Source: an uncultured Gammaproteobacteria bacterium (GTDB taxonomy: Bacteria; Patescibacteriota; Patescibacteriia; UBA9570; CAZNEH01). Taken from it: 64,000 nucleotides of DNA. Each line of letters starts with the position of its first letter. The stretch's first letter is position 1. Both the position numbers and the translations under genes were made by a program. The DNA lies in contig CAZNEH010000001.1 of the NCBI GenBank assembly GCA_964572175.1, forward strand, positions 9,788-73,787, in the 5' to 3' direction. Of the stretch, positions 62,594 to 64,000 are shown piece by piece. Below the pieces are notes generated by a model that was not told the origin of the DNA, made no database searches, and was given only the letters and a program-made list of their open reading frames with translations.

Positions 62594-63484
62594 ATGAAAA
62601 AAGTATTAATATTAGCTATATTTTTACTGTTGGTTGGAGCTAGTTGTGGAAAAGAGGTGGGGGAAGAGTATAATTGGTCAACCATGGACGAAGGACCTTA
62701 TAAAGATAAGGTTTCTTATGCTACGAGCGCGGATTTGCTGCATTGGACAGATTCTGAAGTAATTTTAGCAGAGCATGCCTCAGTACCAGGAGTTATTTAT
62801 AAAGATGGAGTAATTTATGTTTATTTTACTGATGTATCTACAGATGGGATTGTTGAGCAATTAGGAATGATAAAATCTGAGGATGAGGGTAAGAATTGGA
62901 GTGAGAAAAAGATTATTGATATCCAAGGCATTGAAGATAGGGTCGCTATTGATCCGGCGCCACTAGTAACCGAAGATGGAAAAATTAGATTATATTATTT
63001 TGATGGAGAGGGAGCTAAAACTTCTTCAGAGCATAAAATATATTCGGCTATTTCTGAAGATGGAGAGAATTTTATTCAGGAAGATGGGGTGCGCTTAACA
63101 AATGATTTTGTTTATGATCCAGATGTTCAAAAAGTAGGCGACAAGTATTACATGTATATTGGTGATATTCAAGGAAATGTGGTGGCTTATGCAGAATCTA
63201 GTAATGGACTTGATTTTGAGTTTAAAGGAGTTGTTTACGAAGGAGGAGCAGTGCCAGATGTTTATTTTGATGGTCAAAAATATTATTTATACATTTCTGG
63301 AATTGATATTTTAACCTCAGAAGATGGATTGAATTTTCAAAAAAATGGTTACTTATTCAGGTCTAATATTGGCGAGGTTACATCTGATGCATCAGTGATA
63401 AAATTAAAAGACGGAACCTACATGATGTTGTATAAAACTAAAACAGATCCGATTCCAAGGAAAATGTTTGAGGAAAATAACTAA
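62594..63484 (+). CDS. lipoprotein, beta-propeller-like (GH43/sialidase-like fold suspected)
   Basis: Lipobox LVGASC. Repeated hydrophobic-Y-Y-F-D/G blade-like motifs. Confidence 0.4.
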   Translation: MKKVLILAIFLLLVGASCGKEVGEEYNWSTMDEGPYKDKVSYATSADLLHWTDSEVILAEHASVPGVIYKDGVIYVYFTDVSTDGIVEQLGMIKSEDEGKNWSEKKIIDIQGIEDRVAIDPAPLVTEDGKIRLYYFDGEGAKTSSEHKIYSAISEDGENFIQEDGVRLTNDFVYDPDVQKVGDKYYMYIGDIQGNVVAYAESSNGLDFEFKGVVYEGGAVPDVYFDGQKYYLYISGIDILTSEDGLNFQKNGYLFRSNIGEVTSDASVIKLKDGTYMMLYKTKTDPIPRKMFEENN

Positions 63485-63529
63485 ATATGTTATAATAAAT
63501 TTGATTTTATAATAATAAATTTTTAAGTT

Positions 63530-63892
63530 ATGGCAAAAAAAATACTGATTGCTGAAGATGAGCGGCCGATTGCTAAAGCAATCGAGTTAAAACTTAAAGG
63601 AGCGGGTTATGAGGCGGTGGTGGTGAATGATGGAGAGGCAGCTTTAAGAATATTAGAAGAACAAAAATTTGATTTAATAATGTTAGACTTGGTTATGCCC
63701 AAGAAAACTGGATTTGATGTTTTAGAGGATTTAAAAGAAAAAGGTGATAAAACCCCAGTAATTGTGACATCTAACTTGAGCCAAGAAGAAGATTTGAAAA
63801 AATCTAAAGAATTAGGAGTAGTTGATTATTTTGTAAAATCTGATACACCATTAGTAGAGATTATTCAAAAGGTTTCCAATTACTTAAAATAA
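63530..63892 (+). CDS. stand-alone response regulator receiver (CheY-like)
   Basis: ILIAEDE...DLIMLDLVMP (phospho-acceptor Asp)...VIVTS...K REC signature. Confidence 0.85.
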   Translation: MAKKILIAEDERPIAKAIELKLKGAGYEAVVVNDGEAALRILEEQKFDLIMLDLVMPKKTGFDVLEDLKEKGDKTPVIVTSNLSQEEDLKKSKELGVVDYFVKSDTPLVEIIQKVSNYLK

Positions 63893-63923
63893 AAAATAGT
63901 TCGATAAACTCACTATAAATATA

Positions 63924-64000
63924 TGGAGGAACAACAAATAAGAGAGATTTTAGTTCAAGGAAACTATGTTTCAGCAGAAGATATGAAAGCTGCTGATACC
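63924..64000 (+). CDS. 5' end of an ORF running off the window (MEEQQIREILVQGNYVSAEDMKAADT...)
   Basis: ATG at 63924 with an upstream A-rich leader. Truncated by the window edge. Confidence 0.3.

Overview
This is a low-GC (~35%), gene-dense bacterial window. Its content fits a Candidate Phyla Radiation (Patescibacteria)-like genome: large secreted FN3, FG-GAP, BNR and MopE-repeat surface proteins, a tkt/arcB/arcC/greA/rlmN/rpmG core, and five tRNA loci. Three features stand out.

(1) A ~7.1 kb integrative element (69..7207) has split a host tRNA-Thr(GGU) through its anticodon loop. An 11-bp crossover core CCATGGTAAGG is present at both junctions. The element carries its own intact replacement tRNA-Thr(GGU), two paralogous tyrosine recombinases, an RHH gene, and candidate defence cargo (a DUF4238/SEC-C protein and an AlbA_2/Schlafen-like protein).

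(2) A ~3.8 kb tandem array (42190..46010) is strongly GC-rich, judged by eye at ~58-60% against the surrounding ~35%. It holds nine small genes, most with their own TTGAC-N17-TAnGGT promoter carrying a conserved GGGGTGGG tract in the spacer, an AGGGAGG ribosome-binding site and a rho-independent terminator. The genes encode zinc-ribbon or basic proteins and include two paralogue pairs. The same promoter type drives an adjacent low-GC native gene, so the array is not a chimeric assembly.

(3) Three solitary GC-rich small-gene cassettes of the same build (TTGAC-N16/17 promoter, small Cys-rich or unknown ORF) are scattered elsewhere (10800..11230, 25865..26230, 27845..28200). This implies a dispersed, possibly mobile, family.

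The products of these cassettes are not recognisable and are reported as candidates for an undescribed system. The six-frame track's antisense ORFs inside GC-rich or low-complexity regions, and its ORFs overlapping tRNAs, are judged spurious.
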